Positions 51,398 to 63,077 of a stretch of DNA of 64,000 nucleotides are shown here, piece by piece. How positions within the stretch are numbered: the stretch's first letter is position 1; every line of letters starts with the position of its first letter. The notes under the pieces were generated by a model. That model was not told the DNA's origin. It saw only the letters and a list, made by a program, of their open reading frames with translations, and did not search any database. Made by a program: the position numbers and the translations under genes. Origin of the DNA: Omnitrophica WOR_2 bacterium RIFOXYA2_FULL_38_17 (GTDB lineage Bacteria > Omnitrophota > Gorgyraeia > Zapsychrales > Zapsychraceae); NCBI GenBank assembly GCA_001805965.1, contig MHHG01000057.1, positions 13,514-77,513 of the forward strand, given 5' to 3'.

Positions 51398-52660
51398 TCA
51401 TTCTTTTTCCCTGCGAGTAACAGCACCAAGGCCTTGTAATTTTTTCTCAAGGTCCTCATATCCTCTTTCCAAATGATATATCCTGTGGATCTCAGTCACA
51501 CCTTTAGCCGCTAGCCCTGCAATAACCAATGCGGCTGATGCCCTAAGGTCTGAGGCCATTACCGGTGCCCCATAAAGCTCTTTTACGCCTTGAGATATCG
51601 CATTGACTCCTTCTCTTCTTATATTCGCTCCCATTCTGTTGAGCTCGGCAATATGAATAAATCTATCAGGATAAACCTTATCTGTGATAACACTAACACC
51701 CTGGGCCATTGTCATAAGCGCCAGAAATTGAGCCTGGAGGTCAGTAGGGAATCCGGGATATGGATATGTTGTAATACTCGTAGGATTTATTATTTTTTTA
51801 CTCTTTACCTTAATAACACCATTTTCATTATAAACCTTGACTCCGGCATCACCAAGCTTATCAACTAAGGCCATTAAATGCGATGTATCAGCTCCTAGTA
51901 TAGAGATATTACTCCTTGTCGCAGCAGCCATTATGATATATGTTCCAGCCTCTATTCTATCCGGGATCACTTTATAATTAACACCGCTAAGCTTTTTAAC
52001 ACCTGTAATTACCAATCTCGGACTGCCCTTCCCTTCGATCTTAGCGCCCATTGCAATAAGCATATTCGTAAGATCTTCTATCTCGGGTTCACATGCAGCT
52101 GCCTCAATTACAGTCTCGCCTTTAGCTAAAACAGCAGCCATCATAACATTTGCCGTTGCAAGTACGGAAGATCCAAATCCGCCGCCCAAATACATTTGTG
52201 CACCTTTTAGTTGCCTGCATCTGGCAATTATATAACCGTTCTCGATCTGTATTTTTGTTCCTAAAGCTTTTAATCCTTTTAAATGCAGATCTACAGGCCT
52301 TATACCGATAACGCATCCTCCAGGAAGCGAGACTTTAGCTATTTTTAATTTTGCTAAAAGAGGGCCCAAGACACAAAATGAACCCCTCATAGTGGAAACC
52401 AGCTTATAATCAGCGACTGATTTTAATTTTTCCCCGGAAGTGATCTTTAACTTATTATCATTGAATTCTACTTGCTTTCCTAGCGACCTAAGAAGCTCAA
52501 CCATCGTGGTAGTATCGCGTAAATGCGGGACATTTCTTATAATGCAAGGTTCATCGGTCAATAAAGTTGCAGCCATTATCGGTAAAGTTGCATTCTTTGA
52601 TCCGCTTATTTTAACTTCACCCTTAAGGGGTTTTCCGCCTTCTATTATTAATTTTTCCAT
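51398..52660 (-). CDS. murA: UDP-N-acetylglucosamine 1-carboxyvinyltransferase
   Basis: GSKNA, LPGGCVIGIRPVDLH, PDRIEAGT, GFPTDLQ, DLRAS. Confidence 0.97.
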   Translation of the reverse strand: MEKLIIEGGKPLKGEVKISGSKNATLPIMAATLLTDEPCIIRNVPHLRDTTTMVELLRSLGKQVEFNDNKLKITSGEKLKSVADYKLVSTMRGSFCVLGPLLAKLKIAKVSLPGGCVIGIRPVDLHLKGLKALGTKIQIENGYIIARCRQLKGAQMYLGGGFGSSVLATANVMMAAVLAKGETVIEAAACEPEIEDLTNMLIAMGAKIEGKGSPRLVITGVKKLSGVNYKVIPDRIEAGTYIIMAAATRSNISILGADTSHLMALVDKLGDAGVKVYNENGVIKVKSKKIINPTSITTYPYPGFPTDLQAQFLALMTMAQGVSVITDKVYPDRFIHIAELNRMGANIRREGVNAISQGVKELYGAPVMASDLRASAALVIAGLAAKGVTEIHRIYHLERGYEDLEKKLQGLGAVTRREKE

Positions 52661-52672
52661 ATTATTTAAGCT

Positions 52673-53476
52673 CTAATGTGATTGTTTAACTGCATAAATT
52701 ATTCTGTCTGTTCCTACATAATCTTTTTCAAACGTGACCTCTTTATAATCTTGATACTGATAAAATATTTTTTCAACTCCTGATCTTTGACCATCGCCGA
52801 TCTCAAGAAATAACATTCCCTCACACGCAAGCAGATCTTTTGAACTTCTGATTATATCCCTGTAAAACCTTAACCCATCTTCTCCCCCGTCTAAAGCTAT
52901 CATCGGCTCACATTTAACTTCGGCAGGCAAATTACTGAGATCTGAGGTTTTTATATACGGCGGATTTGAGACAATTATATCGTATTTTTCACCATAGCAA
53001 TATGCTTCTTTAAGAAATACAAAAGCATCCCTATTATAGAAGGATATATTATTCCTAACAAAATTCTTATCTGCATTACTTTCAGCTAACTCAATAGCAC
53101 CCCGGGAAATATCGACAGCATCCACTCTGCAGCTTTTAATATTTTTCGCAATAGAGACCGCAATGACCCCGCTGCCTGTTCCTATATCCAGAACCCTAAG
53201 ATCTTTTTTTGAAAGCTCTTTCATTTTTCGGACTACAAGGTCGACCAGCAGTTCAGTTTCTGGCCGAGGTATGAGGGCCCGTCTGTCAACATTGAACTCC
53301 GAACCATAGAATTCAGTATTCCCTACAACATATTGAACAGGCTCACCGTTAAGCCTTTTTAATTGCATTTTATGTAAACGTATTTTCTGACTTTCGGTCA
53401 AAACGTATGGCTCGGAATATAGCTCATGCCTGGAACAATTCAAAACAGATGTCATCATCAATTCATTTTCCGTCAT
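52673..53476 (-). CDS. prmC: Release factor glutamine methyltransferase
   Basis: LIPRPETE, LDIGTGSG, SNPPY; adjacent to prfA. Confidence 0.95.
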   Translation of the reverse strand: MTENELMMTSVLNCSRHELYSEPYVLTESQKIRLHKMQLKRLNGEPVQYVVGNTEFYGSEFNVDRRALIPRPETELLVDLVVRKMKELSKKDLRVLDIGTGSGVIAVSIAKNIKSCRVDAVDISRGAIELAESNADKNFVRNNISFYNRDAFVFLKEAYCYGEKYDIIVSNPPYIKTSDLSNLPAEVKCEPMIALDGGEDGLRFYRDIIRSSKDLLACEGMLFLEIGDGQRSGVEKIFYQYQDYKEVTFEKDYVGTDRIIYAVKQSH

Positions 53477-54534
53477 TGAGTACGCTCCTCAATATCAGCC
53501 TTGATTAATGCATCACATAATTCGTCAAGCTCGCCATCAAGAACATTCTGAAACCTATATGTTGTAAACCCTATCCTATGATCAGTTATCCGCCTGTCTG
53601 GAAAGTTATATGTGCGTATCTTCTCGCTTCTGTCTCCGGAACCAACCTTAAGCTTTCTATCCTTTGTTTCTTTCTCATTATTCTCGCGCTCCATCTTCTC
53701 ATGCAATCTAGCACGCAGGACCCTCATTGCTTTGTGTTTGTTCTTCAATTGTGATCTCTCATCCTGACAAACAACAACGATCCCTGTAGAAAGATGGGTT
53801 ATCCTTATAGCAGAATCTGTTGTATTAACGCTTTGCCCGCCAGGCCCTGAAGAGCGGAAAACATCTATCTTAAGATCCTTTGGATCAATGATGATCTCAA
53901 TTTCCTCGGGCTCAAACAGAACCGCTACTGTTGCAGCAGAGGTATGAATTCTGCCAGATGTCTCAGTAGTAGGGACCCTTTGAACTCTATGGGCACCACT
54001 TTCCCACTTCAAATACTTCTCAGCACCTACACCACTCATGCTAAAAATAACTTCCTTATAACCTCCTGCTTCAGATTCATTGCAACTTATCTGCTCAACT
54101 TTCCACCCTTTCCTATCGGCAAACTTAGTATACATCCTATACAGGTCTGCAGCGAAAAGACTTGCTTCCTGCCCGCCAGTCCCGGCACGGATCTCAAAAA
54201 TAAGATTTCTGTCTTTGACCTTTTTCTTTGGATTGGTAAGATTCTCGAGCATTACAATAAGCTCAGCTTGTTTAGCTTTGAGGTCCTCTTTTTCAGCCTC
54301 TGCCAACTCCTCAAAAGCCTTATCCTGGCTTTCCTTTAACAAAATATCAAGCTCATTTAGCTGACCTACAGTCTCTTTATACTCATTAAACGTATTAACA
54401 ACTGGAGTAATATCAGAATATTCCTTAGCTATTTTTTGATACTTACTTTTATCAGAAATAACTTCTGGGTCTGATAAAAGCTGCTCTAGTTCAGCAAATC
54501 TGTCCTTAATTTTTTCGTATTTTTCGAGATTCAT
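53473..54534 (-). CDS. prfA: Peptide chain release factor 1
   Basis: GGQ, VQRVPTTE (PxT), IRTYNFP. Confidence 0.97.
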   Translation of the reverse strand: MNLEKYEKIKDRFAELEQLLSDPEVISDKSKYQKIAKEYSDITPVVNTFNEYKETVGQLNELDILLKESQDKAFEELAEAEKEDLKAKQAELIVMLENLTNPKKKVKDRNLIFEIRAGTGGQEASLFAADLYRMYTKFADRKGWKVEQISCNESEAGGYKEVIFSMSGVGAEKYLKWESGAHRVQRVPTTETSGRIHTSAATVAVLFEPEEIEIIIDPKDLKIDVFRSSGPGGQSVNTTDSAIRITHLSTGIVVVCQDERSQLKNKHKAMRVLRARLHEKMERENNEKETKDRKLKVGSGDRSEKIRTYNFPDRRITDHRIGFTTYRFQNVLDGELDELCDALIKADIEERTQ

Positions 54535-54671
54535 TTATGGTTCTTTCTTAAAACATTTTTGGAAGAACCTGATCTCACCGATTTTTAATATTTACACAAA
54601 TGTAATCTTAAGTACATTTATGCCGATCAGCTCAATCAGGGCTTTGCGTTAATCAGAACAGCCTTTGCCTA

Positions 54672-54878
54672 CTACTTCTTCTTATTTGTATAACGTTTTT
54701 CAAACCTTTCGATGCGTCCGGCAGTATCAACGAACTTCTTATCGCCAGTGAAAAACGGATGACACTTTGAACAGATCTCAACACGAATGTTCTTTTTTGT
54801 GGCGCGAGTATGCATAACTTCACCGCACGCGCAAGTTATCGTTGTTTGTATGTATTCTGGATGAATATCTTTTTTCAT
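54672..54878 (-). CDS. rpmE: 50S ribosomal protein L31 (zinc-binding type)
   Basis: [21 protein letters not shown]. Confidence 0.97.
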   Translation of the reverse strand: MKKDIHPEYIQTTITCACGEVMHTRATKKNIRVEICSKCHPFFTGDKKFVDTAGRIERFEKRYTNKKK

Positions 54879-54900
54879 TTCTTCTTTCTCCTTAAACTTA

Positions 54901-56268
54901 CTAATTATTCAAGTTGTTTAAAAACTCTTCGTTTGTTTTGTGTTTACTTATCCTATCGATCAATAACTCCATTGCTTCAGCGGAATTAAGGTCATTAACT
55001 GCCTTCCTTAGTAACCATATACGCTGAAGGTCATCTTCGGGAAGCAGTTTTTCTTCGTGGCGAGTATTTGAACGCTTAATATCTATCGCAGGATAAATCC
55101 TTCTTTGGAAAAGAGTCCTATCCAATTGCAATTCCATATTACCTGTTCCTTTAAACTCCTCGAAAATAACTTCGTCCATTCTGCTACCAGTATCAACCAA
55201 TGATGTGGCAATAACAGTGAGACTGCCGCCTTCTTCAACTGCACGTGCTGCGCCAAAGAATCTTTTCGGTTTATGAAGCGCATTTGAATCAACACCACCA
55301 GAAAGGATCTTGCCGCTGTGTGGGACAACCGTATTATAAGCCCGTGCTAACCTTGTGATACTGTCCAATAAAATAACAACATCCCGACCATGCTCAACCA
55401 GGCGTTTCGCTTTTTCAAGAACCATTTCAGCAATCTGAACATGGCGCTCTGCAGGTTCATCGAATGTTGAAGATATAACCTCGCCCTTTACGCTTCTTTG
55501 CATATCCGTAACCTCTTCCGGGCGCTCATCAATAAGAAGTACCATTAAAACTCCGTCAGGATTGTTCTCAGTGATCGAGTTTGCGATCTTCTGCAAAAGG
55601 ACAGTTTTTCCGCTGTAAGGAGGGGCTACTATTAAAGCCCTCTGTCCTTTTCCCAGCGGAGTAAGAAGGTCCATGATCCTCATTGAGATTTCCTTCGGTG
55701 TCGTTTCAAGAAGGATCCTGTCCTGTGGATACAAAGGCGTTAAATTATCAAAAAATATCCTGTCCTTGCACTTTTCAGGATTCTCAAAATTAACTGCCTC
55801 CACTTTCAAAAGAGCAAAATACTTCTCCCCTTCTTTTGGAGGACGAATATGCCCGCTAACAGTATCGCCTGTCTTAAGGTCAAATCTCCTTATTTGTGAA
55901 GGAGAGATATATATATCGTCCGGACAAGGCAGATAGTTATAATTCACACTTCTTAAGAAGCCAAAACCTTCTCCCAAGATCTCTAAAGTCCCTTCACCAA
56001 ACATTAACCCTGCCTGCTCAGCTTTTGCCTGAAGAATCTTAAAAATAAGGTCCTGCTTTCTAACTCCGCTAACTCCGGCAACCCCCACGTCTTTAGCAAA
56101 CTTAGTAAGTTCTCCCATCTTCATATTCTTTAATTTAGTAATATCCATCTGTTCACCTGATGGTTTTATTACTTTCTTTGGAGCAACCTTTTCTTTAACG
56201 ATTGCATCTTTTTCCATTTCATTTTCCCCCTCTATCACTTTTTTTTCTTTAGAAGAATCTTTTGCCAT
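54901..56268 (-). CDS. rho: Transcription termination factor Rho
   Basis: [31 protein letters not shown]. Confidence 0.97.
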   Translation of the reverse strand: MAKDSSKEKKVIEGENEMEKDAIVKEKVAPKKVIKPSGEQMDITKLKNMKMGELTKFAKDVGVAGVSGVRKQDLIFKILQAKAEQAGLMFGEGTLEILGEGFGFLRSVNYNYLPCPDDIYISPSQIRRFDLKTGDTVSGHIRPPKEGEKYFALLKVEAVNFENPEKCKDRIFFDNLTPLYPQDRILLETTPKEISMRIMDLLTPLGKGQRALIVAPPYSGKTVLLQKIANSITENNPDGVLMVLLIDERPEEVTDMQRSVKGEVISSTFDEPAERHVQIAEMVLEKAKRLVEHGRDVVILLDSITRLARAYNTVVPHSGKILSGGVDSNALHKPKRFFGAARAVEEGGSLTVIATSLVDTGSRMDEVIFEEFKGTGNMELQLDRTLFQRRIYPAIDIKRSNTRHEEKLLPEDDLQRIWLLRKAVNDLNSAEAMELLIDRISKHKTNEEFLNNLNN

Positions 56269-56840
56269 ATTTCTTTCACCTGTTCTTTAGTTTCAATTAA
56301 ACTTCTGGAATTATCTATAATTATATCCGCAAGACGGATCTTCTCTCTCAAGGGCATCTGCATCTTTATCCTTCTTATCGCCTGCTGCTTTGAGATCTTG
56401 AATTTTTCGACTGCCCTTTCGATCTGCTGCTGCCTTTTTGCCTTCACGACAATTATCCAATCAACATAACGGTGAAGATTCGATTCAAACAAAAGCGGCA
56501 CATCAACAACAACCAAATACTCCTTTTTACGTTTATTATAGCGCCTGATCTCTTCACCAATAGCATTCTTAACCGCCGGATGAATAATAGCCACTAACTT
56601 ATCAAGCTTTTCTTTATCGCTGAAAACGATATCAGCTAATTTTTTCCTGTTTATCTCATCTCCGTCAACAATAGCTTTGCCAAAAACCTTTATGATCCGA
56701 TCGTAACAAATACCGCCCTTTTTCATTTGATCATGAGCGATCTTGTCAGCATCAAGGACCTTGGCCCCCAATTCCTGGAATGACTTTGATACCGATGTTT
56801 TACCCGTGCTTAAACTTCCTGTAACGCCTAAGATCACCAT
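56235..56840 (-). CDS. coaE: Dephospho-CoA kinase
   Basis: [25 protein letters not shown]. Confidence 0.93.
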   Translation of the reverse strand: MVILGVTGSLSTGKTSVSKSFQELGAKVLDADKIAHDQMKKGGICYDRIIKVFGKAIVDGDEINRKKLADIVFSDKEKLDKLVAIIHPAVKNAIGEEIRRYNKRKKEYLVVVDVPLLFESNLHRYVDWIIVVKAKRQQQIERAVEKFKISKQQAIRRIKMQMPLREKIRLADIIIDNSRSLIETKEQVKEIWQKILLKKKK

Positions 56841-56845
56841 AAGCT

Positions 56846-58258
56846 TTAGTCCACTTTCAATGATTCATACAACGTTTTGTATTCTTCTGCAGACTTATTC
56901 CAGGAAAAACAAACTGATATTGCCTGCTCTACTAACTTATGAAATCTTTGCTTATCTTTATAAACCTCACTTGCAACTTTAATAATCTCCACAAAACTAT
57001 TCCTGTCATATTTATCAAAAATAAAACCATTGCCTTTGCCTTCTTTATTATCATGAGGTATGACCGTATCTATAAAACCTCCTGTTTTGTAAACAATAGG
57101 CACTGTTGCATATCTGAAAGCAATTAGCTGACTTAATCCGCAAGGCTCATATATAGAAGGCATCAAGAACATATCACTTCCGGCATATATCTGATGAGCA
57201 AGATGCTCATTAAACTCAAAGCAAGCGGCTATCTTTTGAGGATATCTTTCCACAAACCTTGAAAGCTTTTCGTAGTAGCGCTCTTCTCCCACGCCTTGTA
57301 TTACAACTTGAATATCAAGCGTCATCAATTCATCCAGAGCTTGTGTTAGCAGGTCTATCCCCTTCTGATGAGATAATCTTCCGACCAAGCCAAAGACCGG
57401 CACCTCGTTGCTGCATTTAAAACCAACTTCCTTTTGAAGCCATTCTTTATTATCTATCTTGTCTGAATCAATGTTCTCGTTTGAATACTTGACATTTATA
57501 AGGTCATCCTTTTGCGGATCCCAGATCTCATAATCCAAACCGTTAAGTATACCGATCAACTTTTCGCCCTTTGACAATAATAAATGTTCCAATCCAAAGC
57601 CAAATTCCCTTGTCTTTATCTCTTTAGCATACTGTTTGCTTACCGTAGTTACCTGATCCGCATAATAAATCGCACCTTTAAGCAAATTAACACTTCCATA
57701 AAATTCAAACAACCCATGGTCGAACAATTCATTTCTTAATCCTAATTTTGGAAAATCCCTTCGATCAAATATCCCCTGAAAAGCCAGATTATGAATCGTT
57801 TGGATCGTTTTTATATCCTTGAATATTTCGCATTGACCAAACCTTTCCTTTAAGTAAACAGGGATCAATGCTGTTTGCCAATCATGGCAATGAATAACAT
57901 CAATATCAATATTCAAATTCTTGATGGTCTCGAGTATCTTCAAACAGAAGAAGCTAAACCTTTCAAGATTATCATGAAAGTCGCCATTATTATCACCATA
58001 CAAGCCATCTCTATAAAAGTATTTTTCATTATCTATAAAATAAACATCTATGTTTTTTCCGATTGTAGTTTTTGAAACATCGCTACTTACTTTTTCAACT
58101 GCATTTCCCTTATCTTCAATTGACCTATACTTAGGTAAGAATAAAACAGCTTCCACGCCGATCCTTTCAAGCGCTAAAGGCAAGGCCCCACACACATCGC
58201 CGAGGCCTCCTGTTTTAGCAAAAGGAACGATCTCCGAAGAACACATGGCTATTTTCAT
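56846..58258 (-). CDS. glgA: Glycogen synthase
   Basis: KTGGLGDV, HCHDWQ, TIHNLAFQG, EPCGLSQ. Confidence 0.96.
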   Translation of the reverse strand: MKIAMCSSEIVPFAKTGGLGDVCGALPLALERIGVEAVLFLPKYRSIEDKGNAVEKVSSDVSKTTIGKNIDVYFIDNEKYFYRDGLYGDNNGDFHDNLERFSFFCLKILETIKNLNIDIDVIHCHDWQTALIPVYLKERFGQCEIFKDIKTIQTIHNLAFQGIFDRRDFPKLGLRNELFDHGLFEFYGSVNLLKGAIYYADQVTTVSKQYAKEIKTREFGFGLEHLLLSKGEKLIGILNGLDYEIWDPQKDDLINVKYSNENIDSDKIDNKEWLQKEVGFKCSNEVPVFGLVGRLSHQKGIDLLTQALDELMTLDIQVVIQGVGEERYYEKLSRFVERYPQKIAACFEFNEHLAHQIYAGSDMFLMPSIYEPCGLSQLIAFRYATVPIVYKTGGFIDTVIPHDNKEGKGNGFIFDKYDRNSFVEIIKVASEVYKDKQRFHKLVEQAISVCFSWNKSAEEYKTLYESLKVD

Positions 58259-60834
58259 TAAGCGATCTCTCTCATTTCAAGCCAATTACTACCAATTTTC
58301 ACTGTTACAGTAACAGGGACAGATAATCTTAAAGGCGTTTCCATCAAACTCCTTACCAATCCAGCCACTTCATCTTGTTCTTTTTTGACAACATCAAAGA
58401 CCAATTCATCATGAACTGTTATGATCATCTCCGATTCAAGTTTTCTTTTCTCAAGATCATTTTGAATATTGATCATTGCAAGCTTCATAAGGTCAGCCGC
58501 AGAGCCCTGAACCGGTGTATTGATTGCCTGTCTTTGAGCGAATTGCCGTACTGACATATTCTTACTTCTTATCTCAGGGATATATCTTCTTCTATTCAGA
58601 AGAGTGCGGACAAATCCTTGCTCCTCACATTCTTTGATAGTATCATCCATGAATACTTTTACTTTTGGATACCGGGCAAAATACTTATCTATAAACATTT
58701 GAGCTTCTTTTTGTGATACCTCAAGGTCTTTTGACAAACCAAAGGAACTCATGCCATATACAATCCCGAAATTAACACGCTTTGCTGAATTCCTCATGTC
58801 TTTAGTCACTTTTGATTCTTCGACATCAAAGATCAGAGATGCTGTGTACTGATGCACATCTTGACCGTCATCAAATGCCTTCTTTAATGTTTCGTCTCCT
58901 GAAAGGTGCGCTAAGATTCTTAATTCAATTTGAGAATAATCTGCGGCAAGCAATATCCTGTCGTCAGACGAAGGGATTATTGCCTTTCTGATCTGAGCAC
59001 CCAACTCTGTACGTATCGGTATATTCTGAAGATTAGGGTTCCTTGAGCTCAATCTTCCTGTTTCTGTGCCATTCTGCACAAAGCTTGCATGTATCCTGCC
59101 GGAATTGCTGTCCACCAAAACTGGCAGCGCATCTATATATGTTGATTTTAGCTTTGCTAATTGCCTGTGCTCCAGGATCAGCTTCGGGAATTCATGATCT
59201 TTTGCAAGTTTAGTTAAAACACTTTCATCTGTTGAATAACCTGTTTTTGTTTTCTTAACAGCAGGGTATTTCATTTTTTCAAACAAAATAACGCTAAGCT
59301 GCTTAGGTGAATTAATATTGAACTCTTCACCGGCAATATCGAATAGGATCTTCTTCAAGTCTTCTATTTTCTTATCACAGCTTATTGAAAGCCCTTTGAG
59401 CAACTCAACATCAATCTTCACTCCGCACCTTTCCATCTTTGACAGGACTAAAGCAAGCGGGATCTCAATATCATTGAACAATGACAATAAGGACTTCTGT
59501 TCAAGCTCTCTTGAAAGCATTGGGAACAAATGATAAATATTTTCTGTTTCATGGGATATTTTATCCTGCTCCGAAACTGAAACTTTTAAATACTCCCATG
59601 ATAGATCACTTATACTATATGAAGTCCTTGAGGGATTAAGCAAATAACCTGCTAACATAACATCAAAACAGCCATTTAATTCGCAACCTTGCGAAGCTAG
59701 CGCTTTACTAGCACCTTTAATATCAAATGTTATCTTTGTTATATTTGCATCACTAAATATATCCTTCATCCCATCTATCATATCTAGCTTCAATCTAAAG
59801 ACTTTAGCTCTTCCTACTGAGAAATAAATGCTATTGCTTTCAAAAAGTTCATCAACCGTGCTACTTAAGAAGGAAACCTTACCTTGTTCCTTTATATCTT
59901 CAACAATTTCATTTATGTCTGACTTGTTTCTCAAAGAACGTATATTAATATCTTCAACCATCTTAACTTCCGACGACAACTCATCCGCCCATTTTCTAAA
60001 TTCAAGGTCTTTATATATCTCGTAGAGCAGTTTATTATCAGCCTTTTCAACCTTTAATTGATCAAGATCAAAATGAAAAGGCACTGTTGTCTCAAGGATA
60101 GCTAGCTCTTTTGAAAAAAAGGCTGATTCTTTATTTTCTTGTAGTTTTTCCCTGAGCTTTATAGGAGTTACTTCCTCAATATGCTCATATATATTTTCAA
60201 GATCATCAAATTCGCTTAAGAGCTTCTTAGCGGTTACCTCGCCGACTCCCATTACTCCCGGTAAATTATCAGATTTATCCCCTGCCAACCCTATATAATC
60301 AACAATCCTTGAAGGCTCAAATCCAAGATCCTTTTTAACATCCTCATAACTCAGCACGACATCTTTCCGTGAATTGAATATCTTTACGTTCTCGCCAAGC
60401 AACTGATACATATCTTTATCATCGCTGACAATAATTACTTCTAACCCTTCGTCAGATGCCTTATTTGAAAATGTTGCGATTATATCATCCGCCTCATATC
60501 CGCCAAGTTCAAAAATCATCAAATTATGCGCTTTAATAACATCCTTTATTATCGGTATTTGGCTTACCATATTATCAGGCATCGAAGGTCTTTGGACCTT
60601 GTACTCTGCATATTTTTCTTCCCGATATGTTTTCTTCTTAGAATCAAAGCAAACTGCCAAATAATCAGGCTTATGCTCTCTAAGTATTTTTCTCAATATA
60701 TTGCAAAAACCATATACTGCATTAGTAGCCTGGCCCTTGCTAGTGGCTAATTCTCTAATAGCGAAAAATGCCCTGTAACATAGTCCATGACCATCAATTA
60801 AAAACAATCTTGACTTATCTGTCTTGTTCATCAA
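58258..60834 (-). CDS. polA: DNA polymerase I
   Basis: 5'-3' exonuclease (YRAFFA, EADD, GDKSDN); DYSQIELR, KRVNFGIVYG, VHDE. Confidence 0.97.
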   Translation of the reverse strand: MMNKTDKSRLFLIDGHGLCYRAFFAIRELATSKGQATNAVYGFCNILRKILREHKPDYLAVCFDSKKKTYREEKYAEYKVQRPSMPDNMVSQIPIIKDVIKAHNLMIFELGGYEADDIIATFSNKASDEGLEVIIVSDDKDMYQLLGENVKIFNSRKDVVLSYEDVKKDLGFEPSRIVDYIGLAGDKSDNLPGVMGVGEVTAKKLLSEFDDLENIYEHIEEVTPIKLREKLQENKESAFFSKELAILETTVPFHFDLDQLKVEKADNKLLYEIYKDLEFRKWADELSSEVKMVEDINIRSLRNKSDINEIVEDIKEQGKVSFLSSTVDELFESNSIYFSVGRAKVFRLKLDMIDGMKDIFSDANITKITFDIKGASKALASQGCELNGCFDVMLAGYLLNPSRTSYSISDLSWEYLKVSVSEQDKISHETENIYHLFPMLSRELEQKSLLSLFNDIEIPLALVLSKMERCGVKIDVELLKGLSISCDKKIEDLKKILFDIAGEEFNINSPKQLSVILFEKMKYPAVKKTKTGYSTDESVLTKLAKDHEFPKLILEHRQLAKLKSTYIDALPVLVDSNSGRIHASFVQNGTETGRLSSRNPNLQNIPIRTELGAQIRKAIIPSSDDRILLAADYSQIELRILAHLSGDETLKKAFDDGQDVHQYTASLIFDVEESKVTKDMRNSAKRVNFGIVYGMSSFGLSKDLEVSQKEAQMFIDKYFARYPKVKVFMDDTIKECEEQGFVRTLLNRRRYIPEIRSKNMSVRQFAQRQAINTPVQGSAADLMKLAMINIQNDLEKRKLESEMIITVHDELVFDVVKKEQDEVAGLVRSLMETPLRLSVPVTVTVKIGSNWLEMREIA

Positions 60835-60919
60835 AATTCGATAGTTATTGTATATTTTTTATTGATCTACTATTGGATAATTTAAATTTTGTTATTGGAA
60901 AATCTATATTATTTGGAAA

Positions 60920-61780
60920 CTAAAAAGACTCATTTGGGATAATGGAGAGCACTTCTCTAAATTTATTCTTCGCCGCAACATAATTCCCCGACTCCAACAA
61001 TTGCATGGCCTGATTTGTCTTCGACGCGGCGATCTCTTTAATGAACTTAGTTGCACATTTTGTGCGTTCATCCTTGATCACAGAATCATCAGGCGATAAA
61101 GCTAACGCGTTGTCATACTCGTCAATAGCTTCATCATATCTACCATTATAGCAATAACTCCTTCCTTGTTGATAATGGGCCTTCGACCTATTTATTCTCT
61201 CTTTTAATTTTTCTTCTTCTGCTTTAACTAATTCCTGGTTGAACTTTTCAGCATCTATTCTGATAGTCCACTGCTTATACTCAGGATGTATCTTGATCAT
61301 TTCCTGCTTTGCCCTCTCAGTCCAGTGATCCTGAGAGCTTCCAAGCTCATATCGCATTTTAAAATTGCGAAAGGCATCTTCTAATTTATTTATTTTTTGG
61401 TAAAAATAAGCCAGATTCATATATGACGGCAGATATTTTTGGTCTACTTCTATGGCCTTCAAATAAAACTTCTCAGCATTTCCATCAAACCCGATTTGTT
61501 CAGAAATAATCCCTAAATCATTGAAAATAGCCGGATTCTCTAATCCTAATGCTATTGCTTTACTATAAAATGTGAATGCGTCACTGAGATTGCCCTTCTG
61601 TTGTTGCTCATAACCCTGTTCACGATATTCTTCCGCAGCCTTGAGTTTTTCATCTTCAGCTTGTGAAATATTCTGAGTTATGATTAATGATATGAAAAAT
61701 AGAAGAGTAAATAATCTAAAAAAATACTTAAAATGTTTTTTCTTGTGATTAAGCATAATATATAATTCAGACTTTGGCAA
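60920..61780 (-). CDS. Tetratricopeptide repeat protein (exported)
   Basis: TPR helices; N-terminal hydrophobic segment. Confidence 0.8.
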   Translation of the reverse strand: MPKSELYIMLNHKKKHFKYFFRLFTLLFFISLIITQNISQAEDEKLKAAEEYREQGYEQQQKGNLSDAFTFYSKAIALGLENPAIFNDLGIISEQIGFDGNAEKFYLKAIEVDQKYLPSYMNLAYFYQKINKLEDAFRNFKMRYELGSSQDHWTERAKQEMIKIHPEYKQWTIRIDAEKFNQELVKAEEEKLKERINRSKAHYQQGRSYCYNGRYDEAIDEYDNALALSPDDSVIKDERTKCATKFIKEIAASKTNQAMQLLESGNYVAAKNKFREVLSIIPNESF

Positions 61781-61854
61781 GAAATATTATTGATCTACTC
61801 TTGCCTTAAAAACATGACACAAAATAATTAATTAATATCCTTAGTGTTTATAAA

Positions 61855-63063
61855 CTATTGACTTACAACTTCAGGCACTTTATCAAAGTAATCGGCATCA
61901 CTACCTATTAGATTAGCCTTTTCCTTTATTAATCGCAAGTAATTATCTACTTCTTTTTCTTCATTCAGCAATACCGCCCCAACCAAGCAATCCCCGCTCA
62001 AAAACACTTCTCTAAGAGCTCCTTTTTCTTCAACAAATCTCCGTTTTTGCGAGACACCCTCAGTTCTTATAATATTGCCAATTAAAAAAATTGAAAATTC
62101 ATCATATTTCGCTGATTCAACTGGTAAAGAATAAGATCTTGTTATGCTTTCATCATTTACAACAGAAGCTACTACTTTACCGTGTTCATCAAGAGCTTCT
62201 TTATTATAAAAAACAATATCTGCTGCCTGATCTTTTATAGTAGCTATACCATCAACAGCATAAACATTATCTAAGCTAGTTTTAAAATCAGAATTGACCA
62301 TGATCCTTGTATTAAAATTAACACCGGATTCTCTTAGCAATCTTAAGTCAGCGTTGACATCAAAAATCACCATTTGAGACACAATGACCTTTTGGGATTT
62401 CAGCTTTATTGCTTTTACATCCTTTTCCCCAAGAACCTCAACGATCCTCTCATTTAAGACAATATGAATTCCTTTTTCATCAAGCTGCTTTACAATATTT
62501 CCGATAACGATATCATCAAAAATATTCGATAAAAAATTGTTCTTTTCTAAGATCAAATATACTTCTTTTCCTCTTTTTGCCAAAGCAATAGCCAAATTTA
62601 GCCCTGAAAATGAATCTGTCTGAACAGAAACAGTATCTGTTGTATCAATGGCCTTAGCTATCCCTTCTATATCTTTTAACTTTTTCATCCCAAATACGCC
62701 AACCCTTGCTTTGCCTTTAATATCAGGAAAAGCATTTAATGGGAGGTCACAAATAATCAGGACATCATAGTCGATTTGATCTTTTGCATCAGTGAAAACT
62801 TTACATCTGTTAAAATTAATCCTAGTGATCTGCCTGTCGCAAATCACGTCTATCTTATTATCCTGATAATACTTTTCGGGACGACAATACAGCTCGCTAA
62901 GCTGGACATCTTTTGACAAATAATCCGCAAACAGATTTCTATCATATGGATAAAAACCATCCACTGATAAGATCGATATTTCGTTTTCTTTATCTTTCTT
63001 TCTTATTTCCTCAGCCGCTTTAACCCCAGCTGGTGAACTGCCTATAATTAATATCTTTTTCAT
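61855..63063 (-). CDS. FAD-dependent NAD(P)H oxidoreductase-like protein with degenerate motifs
   Basis: ILIIGSSPAG, TSLDNVYAVD; second Rossmann glycines replaced (QTDSFSG). Confidence 0.75.
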   Translation of the reverse strand: MKKILIIGSSPAGVKAAEEIRKKDKENEISILSVDGFYPYDRNLFADYLSKDVQLSELYCRPEKYYQDNKIDVICDRQITRINFNRCKVFTDAKDQIDYDVLIICDLPLNAFPDIKGKARVGVFGMKKLKDIEGIAKAIDTTDTVSVQTDSFSGLNLAIALAKRGKEVYLILEKNNFLSNIFDDIVIGNIVKQLDEKGIHIVLNERIVEVLGEKDVKAIKLKSQKVIVSQMVIFDVNADLRLLRESGVNFNTRIMVNSDFKTSLDNVYAVDGIATIKDQAADIVFYNKEALDEHGKVVASVVNDESITRSYSLPVESAKYDEFSIFLIGNIIRTEGVSQKRRFVEEKGALREVFLSGDCLVGAVLLNEEKEVDNYLRLIKEKANLIGSDADYFDKVPEVVSQ

Positions 63064-63077
63064 TATTTACCACTCAC

